DNA of 46,168 nucleotides from Octopus bimaculoides (GCF_001194135.2 NC_068981.1:83779467-83825634), one strand, 5' to 3'; shown: positions 1 to 13,548, numbered from the stretch's first letter. The notes: generated from the sequence alone by a model not told the origin. Numbers and translations: made by a program.

Positions 1-41
<41 letters not shown>

Positions 42-109
42 TACAAATACCTATACACACTTGCACGCGCTCACATATATGCATATATATATGTGTGTGT
101 ATATATACT

Positions 110-600
110 CTTTTACTCTTTTACTCTTTTACTTGTTTCAGTCTTTTGACTGTGGCCATGCTGGAGCACCGCCTTTGGTCGAGCAAATCGACCCCAGGAC
201 TTATTCTTTAGAAGCCTAGTACTTATTCTATCGGTCTCTTTTGCCGAACCGCTAAGTTACGGGGACATAAACATACCAGCATCGGTTGTCAAGTGATGTT
301 CGGGGGACAAACACAGACAGACAAACACATACACACACGTACATATCTATATATATATACATATATACGACGGGCTTCTTTCAGTTTCCGTCTACCAAAT
401 CCACTCACAAGGTTTTGGTCGGCCCGAGGCTATAGTAGAAGACACTTGCCCAAGATGCCATGCANNNNNNNNNNAATCCACTCACAAGGTTTTGGTCGGC
501 CCGAGGCTATAGTAGAAGACACTTGCCCAAGATGCCATGCAGTGGGACTGAACCCGGGACCATGTGGTTGGTAAGCAAGCTACATACCACACAGCCACTC
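110..600 (-). mobile_element. tRNA-derived SINE, family A (near full length, with internal microsatellite)
   Basis: Reverse complement begins GAGTGGCTGTGTGGT (A box) and GGGTTCAGTCCC (B box), then TCTTGGGCAAGTGTCTTC. The same body recurs at 9007-9382 and 32577-32920. A 67-bp stretch is duplicated across the 10-N gap at 465-474. Confidence 0.85.
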
Positions 601-614
601 TCTTTATATAGAGA

Positions 615-617
615 GAC

Positions 618-680
<63 letters not shown>
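615..680. repeat. (GACA)n microsatellite
   Basis: Direct tetranucleotide run. Confidence 0.95.
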
Positions 681-934
681 AGGAGAGAGAGATAGGGAGA
701 GGCGTACATATGCATATGCATGTTTCTATCAAATGTTATTCAGCAACCGTTGTCTATCTAATAAAAAAAATCAAGTGATCAAAATTCCTTCTCAACTGAT
801 ACAAGTAGAAGTTCTAATTTCAGGGTTTTGTAGCGTTTATATTCCCATCACCTGGGTGGGACACCGATCCCATGGATCCCATGGATCAGAAATGAGTTTT
901 GATCCTGTTTTCTTTTTTATTTAATAGACACTAC

Positions 935-1064
935 TTGATTTTGCCTGCTGATTGGACTGGAACAACATCAAATGAAGTGTTTTGCTCAAGAACGCAACGC
1001 ATCGTAGTGGATGAGAATCGAAACCACTCGTGATCGCAACACCCTAACCACTAAGCCACGCCCC
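935..1064 (-). mobile_element. tRNA-derived SINE head, family C
   Basis: Reverse complement reads GGCGTGGCTTAGTGGTTAGGGTGTT...GGTTTCGATTCT...TTCTTGAGCAAAACACTTCATTT. Related copies at about 7218-7355 and 31235-31510. Confidence 0.7.
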
Positions 1065-1429
1065 TCAACGAACGTCTGCTGTACTTGGTAAAAATTCTAA
1101 GGTGACACACATTGTGCCGGAACTTGAGTCCAGGGGTTTGCGAAATGAAGGTTTAAACCAGACATTCATGGATGCTGGTAAATAGATATGTATATGCATG
1201 TAATTATATATATACTTACCAAGCGTACACACATTTATATACATACGCCCTTCCAACAACAACCCTCTCCAGCAAGGGATTGCCCACAGTCTCCAGCTGC
1301 TTCATCTGGTCGTCTCAACTGAGCCTAAATCCATGTCCTGCTGTTATTGGATGAATTCTGACGCATGCGTGCAGTCAGAATGCCTGCTGTGCTCGTGTCC
1401 TTCCATTGCTGAACAACTTGTCTGGCTTC

Positions 1430-1570
1430 ACTTATGTCCTCGTAACCTATCTGGTCTGCAAAAGAATCCAGTAGAATAAGTGCCACACTTGTAAGAATTA
1501 ATACTGGGGCCAATTCGTTGGACCCTGGTATGGCTGCTGTCTTATGACTGACACAAATAAAAGATAAAAA
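1430..1570 (+). mobile_element. Degenerate 3' half of SINE family A
   Basis: GTCCTCGTAAC...GCAAAAGA...TAGAATAAGT...ATGGCTGC...AAATAAAAGATAA matches the family A body. Confidence 0.55.
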
Positions 1571-3465
1571 ATGTGTGTGTGTGTGCGTATTATAATGTAT
1601 GTGTGTGTATGTGCGTGTCTATGTTTGTATCATTAAATACGAAATTGAAGTATTTTTACTTGATATCAACTAACAGCTCCAGAACGCCATGCTCCAGCAT
1701 GACCGCAGAACAGTGGCTGAAGTCAGAAAAAGCAGAACTAGAATACTGAATGAATGCAAAAGCAATTAACATATAATTAACTACTTTGTTCAATTTTTGT
1801 CTGAATGTGTATAAAATTCCCTAGAAATGTAATTTTTATACAGTTCCTCTAACATTATCTATTTTACTGAAAACTCGAAAATGCATGAATATTGTACGAT
1901 AGTATTGAATATTTTGTATATGTTAGCAAATATTTATTTTATTTTTTTAACAATTGTATTTCATATAATTTATTATTTAGTCTGAATAATGCTAGCCGAG
2001 AATATTATCAGCATTATTTAATCTGTTCAGATTAAATACTACCCTACCCCTTCTTCCATACCTTGAACACAATCTTAAACCAGATATGAGTAGTCCGAAG
2101 GAAATGAGATTATATGAATGAACGAATGGATAACAAATAAAAACATACTATCTCAAACTTAACATCATTAACAATTCAATAAAGATATTGGAATGAAAAT
2201 GATTCTTTCGTTAGTTTTCTTCGCCATAATCGATTTATTTCTATTCGAAATGCTAACCATTACGATATCTGGAGTTTTATCAATTATATTGACAGCTTTT
2301 CGAAATATCTTCCGTCTTACAATTGTCTGTAATATAAAAGTCGAAATGCTCGTAACTATTTATTTCACAATTCATTTTTCCGCTCTTTCTCTCGCTTTTC
2401 TGTTTACTTTTGCTGAATATTTTCTTTCCATTTCTTCGACTATTTGTGAATACACTCAACTTTCCATTGTATATGTATGTCTATACAATCTTTATCTACT
2501 AGTTGTCATATGCGAATTATATCACTTGAGAAATAAAGAACTGGAAGAAACGCCATCATAGCCGATAGCGAAGTCAATTGAAGGCTTATCCCATAGAAGA
2601 GGTAAAGGCGAGGTGGACGGGATGGCGGAGAAATGTGCGCCATTTTTATAATATATTATTTGCCGGAAGTCTTTTGCACTCATCACTTTCTTAGCTGTTA
2701 CTGTTATCTCAGCATAAGTCACCTTTATCACTGCCTAGTATTTATCGCTTAAACTGACACAATAGTGAATGACACATAACAGCTATTATAGTTCGGAACA
2801 TTATGTCTTTATTGAACACTTTAATGGCCAAAAGATTCTGTAACGCTCTCGACTAGAAGTAGGAATATAAATCAATGGATTTGTTTAGCAGCAAATATTT
2901 ACCAGCTCTACTTGTTCGATTAGAAGATTTGTATTTTTATTGAAATGTTGCTAAACTGGTTCGTTTCTGTTGTTCGAACTACCTTAAGACTGGCTACTGT
3001 TCTTATCTCGAGCAAGACAAAATTAAAAAGAAAAATACCAAATCCACATAAAAACACGTATTCAAATTTAATCTAATAATATTCTTTTCTTAGTCATCTG
3101 TTCATATTTTTAACATAAGTTGTTCAATCTTTATACATATCTACGTATCTACTTTTATTCTGATTGAACGACGTGCATTTACGAATGGCATTATTCAGGA
3201 TATATAATTAAATCCTATCTATCTATAAAAAATGTATGAATACAAAAGTTAATGTTTCTTGTACATACACAACGTCGCATATTTTGAGGAAGAGAAGTGG
3301 TAATTATATTGAGCCTAATACTTGATGAGAAACAAAAGTGGCTTTAGCAGGATTCGAACTCATATTGTTAAAACCTGGAAGAAATAATGATACACATTTT
3401 GTCGAACGTCCTAATAATTCTATCAATTCACAGCTCTAATATATGCTGAAATAATTGTTCTTAAT

Positions 3466-3658
3466 TTAGGTATAAGGCCTCAATTTTAAAGGAATGGACT
3501 TTGTTGGAATAATTGACACCAGTACTCGAATTCTTTTTTATTTCATGAACCCTAATGAACGGCAAAATTGACTTTGGGTTTGAGCTCAGAAAGTAAAGAG
3601 TCGCAAGCAATACTGGAGAGCCTTTTTACCGGCTCTCTAACGATTCTACCAACGCCCG
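3466..3658 (-). mobile_element. Degenerate SINE family B
   Basis: GGCAAAATTGACTTTG...TTTGAGCTCAGAAAGTAAAG...CTAACGATTCTACCAAC resembles the minus-strand copies at 6055-6257 and 30375-30497. Confidence 0.55.
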
Positions 3659-3939
3659 ATTCGAATGCATACATGATATAATGGTAACTTATAAAAAATT
3701 AAAAAATGACACTGTTGTTATTTCCAACATCGTGTCATATTTTCGGTGGATGTCTGAATGACTAGTAGCAACGTTAATAAATTTCCCGAAGCCAATGCGA
3801 CTGAAGTGAAATGAAATAGTTTCAAAGAAAGATGAGGCATAAAAGATATATTTATCAGCTACACGTAAAGTTAGACTTTACTTGCTAACTGTCTGTACAC
3901 GTGTGTGTATGAGATGTGTGTGTGTAAGAGAGAGAGAGT

Positions 3940-4050
3940 ATGTTTGTGTACATCTTCGTGTCTGTGTTTGTTTCCCACCACCGCTCGACAACCGGTGTTA
4001 GCGTGTTTACGTCTCCGTAACCCAGCGGTCCGGCAAAAGAGAAATTGTAT
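3940..4050 (+). mobile_element. SINE family A internal fragment
   Basis: GTGTTTGTTTCCCACCACCGCTCGACAACCGGTGTT...CCGTAAC...GGCAAAAGAG. Confidence 0.65.
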
Positions 4051-4175
4051 AAAGTAATTATTCACTTTGATGTTAAATGGTTCTTCATACATGATTTGAT
4101 GTATAATTAAGCATCGATATAGATATGTGTAAGTATATGCATTTATACATATACATATACGCCTACGCGCACGCG

Positions 4176-4217
<42 letters not shown>

Positions 4218-4515
4218 CACACACATATACATAATCTGTATACAGAACGATGAACTGTAAGTTGGATGTCCCAGAAATACCTGGCATTTTAATATCTCTA
4301 TTCAGCATTCGTTAATCCAATACAGATTTCTCCACCGATCTACGCACGTTCTAAATTCCAAAGATGTGCTTATGTGATTCTGCGTATGTACATGAATCTA
4401 AGTCTCAATGATTGAAACCCTTATCAAAACAGACTAATCATCTTAAGGTTAATACCTTTGTGCTTTTAAAGTCTTATACGAAAAGTACATTAAATGAACC
4501 TCTCCCTCTCTTTCA

Positions 4516-4565
<50 letters not shown>

Positions 4566-5564
4566 NNNNNNNNNNNNNNNNNNNNNNNNNNNNNNNNNNN
4601 NNNNNNNNNNNNNNNNNNNNNNNNNNNNNNNNNNNNNNNNNNNNNNNNNNNNNNNNNNNNNNNNNNNNNNNNNNNNNNNNNNNNNNNNNNNNNNNNNNNN
4701 NNNNNNNNNNNNNNNNNNNNNNNNNNNNNNNNNNNNNNNNNNNNNNNNNNNNNNNNNNNNNNNNNNNNNNNNNNNNNNNNNNNNNNNNNNNNNNNNNNNN
4801 NNNNNNNNNNNNNNNNNNNNNNNNNNNNNNNNNNNNNNNNNNNNNNNNNNNNNNNNNNNNNNNNNNNNNNNNNNNNNNNNNNNNNNNNNNNNNNNNNNNN
4901 NNNNNNNNNNNNNNNNNNNNNNNNNNNNNNNNNNNNNNNNNNNNNNNNNNNNNNNNNNNNNNNNNNNNNNNNNNNNNNNNNNNNNNNNNNNNNNNNNNNN
5001 NNNNNNNNNNNNNNNNNNNNNNNNNNNNNNNNNNNNNNNNNNNNNNNNNNNNNNNNNNNNNNNNNNNNNNNNNNNNNNNNNNNNNNNNNNNNNNNNNNNN
5101 NNNNNNNNNNNNNNNNNNNNNNNNNNNNNNNNNNNNNNNNNNNNNNNNNNNNNNNNNNNNNNNNNNNNNNNNNNNNNNNNNNNNNNNNNNNNNNNNNNNN
5201 NNNNNNNNNNNNNNNNNNNNNNNNNNNNNNNNNNNNNNNNNNNNNNNNNNNNNNNNNNNNNNNNNNNNNNNNNNNNNNNNNNNNNNNNNNNNNNNNNNNN
5301 NNNNNNNNNNNNNNNNNNNNNNNNNNNNNNNNNNNNNNNNNNNNNNNNNNNNNNNNNNNNNNNNNNNNNNNNNNNNNNNNNNNNNNNNNNNNNNNNNNNN
5401 NNNNNNNNNNNNNNNNNNNNNNNNNNNNNNNNNNNNNNNNNNNNNNNNNNNNNNNNNNNNNNNNNNNNNNNNNNNNNNNNNNNNNNNNNNNNNNNNNNNN
5501 NNNNNNNNNNNNNNNNNNNNNNNNNNNNNNNNNNNNNNNNNNNNNNNNNNNNNNNNNNNNNNNN
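4566..5564. other. Assembly gap flanked by (CT)n and (TA)n
   Basis: N run. Other gaps: 465-474, 11020-11597, 14147-14327, 28825-29412, 31783-31792, 34787-34796, 38513-38612, 41404-41413, 43573-43582, 44354-44555. Confidence 0.98.
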
Positions 5565-5624
5565 GTATATATATATATATATACGTATATATACATGTGT
5601 GTGCGTGTGCGCGCGCGCGTGTGT

Positions 5625-5745
5625 GTCTGTTTGTTCTTTCCCCAATTCCGCTTGACCAGCGGTCTTTTTGTGATTATGTCTTAGTACCCTAGCAGTTCGG
5701 CAAAAGAGTCAGATAGAATAAGTAATAGGCTTACAAACAATAAGT
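5625..5745 (+). mobile_element. SINE family A internal fragment
   Basis: CCGCTTGACCAGCGG...GCAGTTCGGCAAAAGAGTCAGATAGAATAAGTAATAGGCTT. Confidence 0.6.
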
Positions 5746-6054
5746 TTGTAAACGTACAGCATGTAGAAACCTCTATGTGTGTGTGTATGTGTCTTTATCT
5801 TTTACCATTCACGTGTTCACTCATTGAATTCTGGCTACGCAGGGGCTCCACGAGGCGTATATGTATACATATGTTCATGAAATTAGGCTTTCAAGAACTA
5901 AAAGTTGTTTTCACTGAACGCTTTGAGCTGACATTTTGGCCTGTGGAACCATTCTTCTACATTTTCTTCGTTACTCCTTCAGAGGAGCAGTTTTATATTT
6001 TGCTCCATTTGCCGTCTCGACAAATTCATTCATTTTCACAAATTTTTTCCTACT

Positions 6055-6257
6055 CTAGGTACAAAGCCCGAAATTTGGTGGGAGAGAACCAATCGATTGG
6101 ATCAACCCAGCACGCACCTGGCACTTAATTTATCGACCCCGATAGGATGAAATGCAAAATTGACCTCGGCGAAATTTGTACCCAGAGCGTAAAGACAGAC
6201 GAAATACCGCTAAGCATTTTGCCCGGCGTGCTAACGTTTCTTTCAGCTCGCCGCCTC
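6055..6257 (-). mobile_element. tRNA-derived SINE, family B
   Basis: Reverse complement reads AGGCGGCGAGCTG...CGTTAGCACGCCGGGCAAAATGCTTAGCGGTATTTCG...GAGGTCAATTTTGCATTTCATCCTATCGGGGTCGATAAATTAAGTGCCAG. The head matches 45974-46061. Confidence 0.8.
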
Positions 6258-7217
6258 ATTCTTTTTTGCATATTACTGTTGTCATTTCAACACTGGTTAG
6301 TTCTCTTAAAGCAGATTTATGATAATAACAAGTCTTACCGTGACCATTGTCTTGCGTTATAGACTGCTGGCCCATTGTCTTGCTTTCTAGTTTTGATTTA
6401 TTTTTCGTATCGCTGCTATAGACGTTTTACATATCCCACTCTAACACTACCAACTCAATCGTCTGGCCTTCTTTCTTGGCCCTTGTTATGTTTATCTCAA
6501 CCAAACTAAACTCTATGCTGAGACCTTCTCCAAACAATTCTCTCACTAGAACGTAGCCAGATTAAGACCCAAAGAGGCCCTAAGCATATTTGATGTCCCC
6601 ATACATATGTAATTCAAAATATAAACAATAATAAACTATGACATGATTTTTTTGTTTTTGAAAATGAAACAAAATTAAAAATAAGAATTTCGTTTATTTT
6701 TGTGTACTTCCACTTCATTTATATTTGAAAAGTTCTCTCCTAAATTTTTTCGTTTTATTTTTCAAGTCTTTATTCAGATTCTCACTATAGCACTATGAAC
6801 TTCGAAATTATATTTTCGATCATTTAAACCACTTCGAATATTATTTCAGCAAGTTTTTAAAGTGATTACTTTTATGCCGTGAACTATTTACCATTACTGC
6901 GTCGATACTCTAAGCATGTGCTTAGTTTGCTGAATGGTTGATCCAATGCTGCCCTAGAATCTCCTCTGCACTCATGCGATTCATAGTGTTGATATACAAC
7001 GATTCCAACAGAACGTTGACGGAAACGATCACACCGGTCTCAGCTGGCTTCCAAATCTCATAACACTGCCCTTCCCCCAAATACAGCAAGAAAAAGCAAA
7101 CAAAGATACACGATGTTATATGCTCTTATATACCCCATTCATTCATTCACATTTCCGTGTACCCATCCAGAAGAGTGTATATGTGTGTGTGTGTGTGTGT
7201 GTATGTGTGTGAGTCAA

Positions 7218-7355
7218 GGCGTGTAGCTTTACGATTAGGGTTTGGTGCTTAATATCATAGTTATGGGTGCGATTCTTGGACAGGGCATGTTATCTTCTTA
7301 AGCAAACGACATCATTTCACGTTAGTTCAATCTACGCAGCTGAAAATGAGTAAGA
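7218..7355 (+). mobile_element. Degenerate SINE family C
   Basis: GGCGTGTAGCTTT...TTAGGGT...CTTAAGCAAACGACATCATTTCACG...GCAGCTGAAAATGAGTA. Confidence 0.5.
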
Positions 7356-8766
7356 GTCGACTGCTAATGTAGATTTTCCTTCCACTTGTTGTTATATACC
7401 TGATAATCCACAGAGTAAACGGTACGTATACATACTCATACACGCACGCATATATTTAAACATAAGTGAAGTACTGACGAAATATTTTTGTTTCATTTCA
7501 TTGGTTAAAAAATTTGGTGCTCTCTTTGCCTGTAGATTTTATGAAATTAAATATTTAAAAAATAATGTAGCCGAAGCCGAAGTTGAACCTCAAAACGGTT
7601 CACTTAATGAATATTCCATCGCTATTTGATTTTAAAGGATCTCCGTCTAATTTTTTACTTTTTTTTTTTTTTTGCTTTGTTTTTTTTTTTTTGTTCTTGC
7701 TTTTTTGAAGACAGTAAAAACATCAGATTAATTTGGTGGCTACTTTTCACAAGTCGAGGGACAGTGTAGAAGCTTCACAGTTGCCTTTAAGAGGTTCGGA
7801 AATATAGGGGTATAAATTTCAGGACATTTCAGTTCATCTAACTGGTTTTAAAAAGATTTTAAGTAACATGATATTTGATAGTTTCACTTATGATAAAGTG
7901 TTGACAAGTCAAAAACATAAATACAAACGCTTAACTATCTATTCTTAAAACTATAAAAATTAGGAAAGCGTGGTCTGTTGCCAGTGTTGATATATGATGT
8001 TAATAACAACACGCTGTTAAACTGCTAGAGTGGAAACACACGCTGGTATTTTAAAATCTTTATCGAGCATTCGTCTCTGACTTGAAGCCTCCCACTAGGA
8101 CAAACTCATTGGCGGCAAACTTCTCACACGCAGTGCTTTCTTCTTTATGTGTGTATACCTTCTTTCAAACTATTGTCGGTAATCGGTAGGCGGAGCAGGA
8201 CTAATTTGTCGAGCCGGCTTGCTACACAGAATCGATTACCACAACTTAAAATAAATAAATAAAATGATAAATAAATAGATAAAAGATGAGTCTATTCACT
8301 GATTTGCTACCACTAACTAGTCAAGCACTTCATCATCTATCTTTTATATTCTCTCTTGAATATATGGCACAGTGTTGATGTTCCACACCTTTTGACGATT
8401 TGCTTTCTTGACCCCTTGATAACCGACAACTGATCAACTTAGAAAACCAGTCCCTCATTGCTTTGCTTTGCATGTGGCTTACACATAACTGGTCCCTTTA
8501 TTACTTTGCACTGCTCTTTTCATATTGTAACCAGGGAGCATGTATCTCAAGTTTGTCATAGTACAATACCGGTTTGCCGTGCAAGCTTTTGAAATTTTAC
8601 AAAAGGAAGGTAGTAAGATGGACATGGGCGTTTATATTTTATTTAGACACTAAATAAATCTTTAAAAAAAAAGAGAAAAAATCTGAAAAAAATGTAATTT
8701 AAGAACAGAAATCAATCTATCTATCTATCTATCTATCTATCTACATATAAATATATATATATATAT

Positions 8767-8932
8767 TTGCTTCAATCATTAGACTGCGGCCATGTTTTTA
8801 GTCGACCCAAGGGAATTTTTAAAGTCAGGTGCTTATTCTATCGTGTTTTTGTCGAACCGCTAGGTTAAGGGAGACCGTAAACTGTGAACACCGGTTACCA
8901 AGCGGTGGTAGGACACAAATACAGACACAATG
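8767..8932 (-). mobile_element. SINE family A 3' part
   Basis: GACTGCGGCCATG...GTGCTTATTCTATCG...GAACCGCTAGGTTA...CAAGCGGTGG matches 110-320. Confidence 0.7.
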
Positions 8933-9006
8933 ACATCCACAGACATATCTACTTCTTACCATACGCCAATAACTATACGTGTGTGTGTGTGTGTGTGTGT
9001 GTGTGT

Positions 9007-9382
9007 AGGCGTAGCTGTATATTAGAAAGTTTGTTTTTCAACCACATGGTTCCGAGTTCAATCCGATGGTGTCGCATCTTGGGCAAGTTACATCTCCCCA
9101 TAGCCTAGGGCTGACCAATATTTTGCGAGTGGAATTGTAAGATATATTTGTTTATGAGTGTGAATGTGTGTGTGTATCTTCGTGTTTGTGTTTTCCCCCA
9201 CCACCGCTTGACAACCGGTGTTGGAGCGTTTATATCCCCGTAACTAGCTGTTCGAAAAAGAGCCTGATAGAATAAGTACCAGGCTTAAAGAAAATAAATT
9301 GTGAGATGGATTTATTCGACTAAAAATTCTTCAAGGCGCTACTATGATGGCCGCTGTCTAATGACTGAAATAAAGGAAAGAT
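9007..9382 (+). mobile_element. SINE family A, full length, diverged
   Basis: Head GGCGTAGCTG...CCACATGGTTCCGAGTTCAATCC...TCTTGGGCAAGT, followed by the family A body and tail. Confidence 0.8.
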
Positions 9383-9567
9383 ATATATAGATATGTGTGT
9401 GCGTGTGTATGAATATACATACATACATATATACATATATATACATATATATACACACATATATGTATATACACATACTGCCAATTAAGCACATGCCCTA
9501 TGTCCTCCGTCTTCTATTATTCTTATTATATTGTCCTTTGTCTGAAATCTTTCATCACACATACGTA

Positions 9568-9672
<105 letters not shown>

Positions 9673-11597
9673 ATAGCATCAAGTCTTCATCACTGTCTTA
9701 CTTCCTCTTTTAGACGAGGGAGTTTAAACAGTATCAATGTATATAAAAAAATATTTTAAGCTAATGTAAATAAATACATAAATAAAAGACTACAAACATG
9801 TCTGAAAATACTGGTCACGTCCGTGAATAAAATATTGAACTAGTCAGTATTTTTACAAAAACAATTTACGACTATGAAAAGAAGTTATATGGCGGACAGA
9901 ATAATATGATTATCAATAGATAACAAAAGACGGAATAGAAATATTTATAATTGAAACTTTATTCTGGTGAGGATGAATTCTACGATATGGTTACATGGAC
10001 ATACACGACTGCTATAAATTTAGACAATAGCTACAAAAGCAAGTTATAAAGCTGTCAACATGAAACGTGGAAGCCTCTTGCTAATTAACGCAACAGTCGT
10101 CTAGGAAGCAGTAGGTTTCCTACCGACATTTTAACTATTATTCCTGAATAGGCTAATTGCTTCTTCCAGTAACTACATCGACATTTTTCTGGAGGAAGAG
10201 ATATATCTGTCCAACACAATAAACAATTAAATATAAACACACTCACAGGCACAAAGTCATATGCTCACATTTATATAAACACGCGTTTATATTATAGAAA
10301 GTGGGAGAACGGTGCGGTTAGAGAAGGGGATTTATAGCTTAGAGTGTAGAAGAGCAACTCGATATGAGTACATATACGATGAAAGGTTTTCCAGTCAAGG
10401 CTACCCAACTCTTTTTTTTAAATATTTTATTTTGTATTCTGGGGATTGATGTTTCCAATCACTCTATCTATAAGACAATACGATGTAACCCTTTGCTGCT
10501 ATTTCTAGCAGATGAAGTCAAACAACCACGTAATTGCTCCTCCGTTGAATAAAGTTCAAGGGCCAAGTAGATGCCACTCCGTTGGTTTTTAATTTAAACA
10601 GAATCGAGTCATAGGTTTATTTTCAGAGCCGATGTTCAGTATTATAATACGTAACTGACACTAAATAGATAACTGACACTTACTTTATCGGTTAAATCAC
10701 TTCCGTCGAGATTAAAACCTAGAAGGTAAAAGTGTGTCGACAAGACCCCCCCCCCCCGGATAAGGTCTGTGGTCTTTAGGTATCATCAGCACTTACATGT
10801 AGCATTCGAAATTGGAACCTCACCCCACTGCATGTTATTTCTGGATTATTCGGTACTCGCCACGTTTGCAGCCTCTACTACAAATATGATGAAGAACCCA
10901 GCGTCAGCTTCATTGCCAGCATACTTTACTCTGATCTCCGTATTATGATATTAGTATATGGCCAGGTGTGTGATTCTCCATTTCGGATTTCTCTGCGAGT
11001 TGTTTTGTTATAAATACTANNNNNNNNNNNNNNNNNNNNNNNNNNNNNNNNNNNNNNNNNNNNNNNNNNNNNNNNNNNNNNNNNNNNNNNNNNNNNNNNN
11101 NNNNNNNNNNNNNNNNNNNNNNNNNNNNNNNNNNNNNNNNNNNNNNNNNNNNNNNNNNNNNNNNNNNNNNNNNNNNNNNNNNNNNNNNNNNNNNNNNNNN
11201 NNNNNNNNNNNNNNNNNNNNNNNNNNNNNNNNNNNNNNNNNNNNNNNNNNNNNNNNNNNNNNNNNNNNNNNNNNNNNNNNNNNNNNNNNNNNNNNNNNNN
11301 NNNNNNNNNNNNNNNNNNNNNNNNNNNNNNNNNNNNNNNNNNNNNNNNNNNNNNNNNNNNNNNNNNNNNNNNNNNNNNNNNNNNNNNNNNNNNNNNNNNN
11401 NNNNNNNNNNNNNNNNNNNNNNNNNNNNNNNNNNNNNNNNNNNNNNNNNNNNNNNNNNNNNNNNNNNNNNNNNNNNNNNNNNNNNNNNNNNNNNNNNNNN
11501 NNNNNNNNNNNNNNNNNNNNNNNNNNNNNNNNNNNNNNNNNNNNNNNNNNNNNNNNNNNNNNNNNNNNNNNNNNNNNNNNNNNNNNNNNNNNNNNNN

Positions 11598-11647
<50 letters not shown>

Positions 11648-12167
11648 AATTTTTGGGAGTCAGCATAGAATGTTTAAAACATTCTGGGATTGTATGGTTG
11701 TACTTGATAAAGCCACTACGATGACGATGATGACGAATATTAGAGCAATTGTGTTGCCATCAATCAAAATATCCTAATACATATGCCAGTCAGGTGTTCA
11801 TTGGGAAACCGTTCATTACCTGTTTTTTTAAAAAAATGCATGAGAGAAAAGTTTTTTAAAATGATTTAACATGTTCTTAAAGCTGCACAGAGTACTAAAT
11901 GTTTTTATTAGACAAGAATACACTAGCACCTCTACTACAAATGTAACTACAACCACTATCATTACACTAATTACACTGCTATATTCGTCATCAAATAATC
12001 TATTTCTGTTTTTTATTCTGTTTACTTTCTAATGGTTGTGTTGGCAACAAGTAAATATTCTTCATAGAATACGTGCTATAAAAACACGTATTACTTGGTA
12101 CTGTATAAACACATAGACACATATTTATACATACATATATACATACATGCATACATACATGCATACA

Positions 12168-13098
12168 TACAAGGTATATTCCAGAAGTTTTGAGACCTTG
12201 CAAGGAGTGGTAATTATTATTGTCCCAGATTATTGTAATATTAGTATATTATCACTATACATCTAATAAGCCGCCTGTGAACATTTTATATGAAGGCGAC
12301 GGTTGTAACAACGCTTTGAACGCACCTTACTAAACACTGCTTGTCACAACTGACTACTTTGCAGGGTGCAGTTAGGATGTAAAGATAATTTGGACGTTCA
12401 CTATACAATAAAGTTTTGTGTTAAGTTGGGCAAAAAACATTACAGAAACATACGAAATGCTTATGGATTAACTTGTATGAGCCGAGCATTCTGTTTATTG
12501 CTGGTTTAAGAGGTTCAAGGACGATAGGGAGAAAGTGGGAAACGATGAGAGATGTCTGAGGGAAAGCGGTCAGAACATCACAGTTCTTTGAAATAAAACT
12601 CGTGATTTTCTGGACGAAGACTGTTGTGTATCTATGCAGACAATAAGCACACAGATTAGAGTTTGGTTTGCAACTGTACACAGAATTAATCATGAAGATC
12701 TAAACATGTGCAAAACTTGTGCAAAGTTGGTTCCCAGGGTGCTCCGTGAAGTTCATCCTGGTAAACAAATACTTTACAGAGATGGGCATCAAAACTGTCC
12801 CTCACCATCCCTCTGCTACGGTCCTTGCATCTGTGACATTTAACTGTTTCCCAAGCTGTAGGAGAACCTGGATGGCTGTGATTTTGAAGACATTTGAGAA
12901 GATGGGGAATGATCTGACAAGAGTTGTGTACGTCTTTAATTTGGAGGACTTCCATGGGGCCTTCACGAAATGGGTGGTACGTTACAAGAAGTGCATTGAA
13001 GTCCGTGGATCCTACTTTGAAGGAAGTTCGAGATTTGTATTTTTAAATTAATAAAACTTTCTACAGAACTCTCAAACGCTTCAGGAATGCACCTAGCA
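12168..13098 (+). mobile_element. Mariner DNA transposon, internally deleted and decayed, with degenerate TIRs
   Basis: Translated pieces: WFKRFKDDRE (HTH region), TVHRINHEDLNMCKTCAKLVPRVLRE (WVPHEL-type motif), EMGIKTVPHHPS (decayed PYSPDLAP region) and KKCIEVRGSYFEG (mariner C-terminus). Left end TACAAGGTATATTCCAGAAGTTTTGAGAC is imperfectly inverted to right end CTCTCAAACGCTTCAGGAATGCACCTAGCA. Confidence 0.88.
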
Positions 13099-13120
13099 CA
13101 TGCATACATGTACACATACA

Positions 13121-13154
<34 letters not shown>

Positions 13155-13176
13155 CATACATACATACACGCACACG

Positions 13177-13271
13177 TGGTGTAACCCTTATCAGACGGGT
13201 AGACATGATGGTATACTGGGTTTCGTATATTTTACCCCAGTGTCACTTTGATGGCATGCACTGCTCTCTCA
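13177..13271 (+). repeat. 3' fragment of the ~560-bp TAA-tailed interspersed element
   Basis: Near-identical to about 17115-17211 (CCCTTATCAGA...TTTTACCCCAGTGTCACTTTGATGGCATGCACTGCTCTCTCA). Confidence 0.85.
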
Positions 13272-13548
13272 TATGCATATATACTTATTTACATATATAC
13301 ATACATACATACATACATACATACATACATACATACATACATACATACATACATACGAGGGGAATACAGACACACGCACAATGAGATATATTCATACATG
13401 AGATGTTATATGTATGCAACAGGATTACGTTGAAGCCTAAAGTATGACATAAGACAAACGTATATGTTACTATATCAGCCTACGTTTCTATCTATCTATC
13501 AATTAATCGTGGTATATGTACATATATATATATATATATGTATGTGTA

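Noticed and set aside
398-541. 67-bp direct duplication inside the first SINE
   Set aside because: It is identical on both sides of a 10-N gap, typical of an unmerged contig overlap.
2193-2561. 122-aa hydrophobic ORF resembling a membrane protein
   Set aside because: A T-rich strand gives hydrophobic codons by composition. I see no recognisable motif or splice support. Downstream SHRRGKGEVDG only loosely resembles a transposase motif and follows a stop.
4412-5692. Long ORFs spanning N runs (also near 10926-11668, 14096-14409, 28702-29681, 38475-38796 and 44224-44791)
   Set aside because: They are open only because N codons contain no stops.
6922-7065. Minus-strand peptide RMSAEEILGQHWI resembling kinase subdomain XI
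   Set aside because: The HP is missing, the acceptor is poor, and no other kinase motifs were found in the window.
10780-10965. Possible exon between TTTAG and CAG|GTGTGT
   Set aside because: Two frames are open, the signals are weak and I recognised no product.
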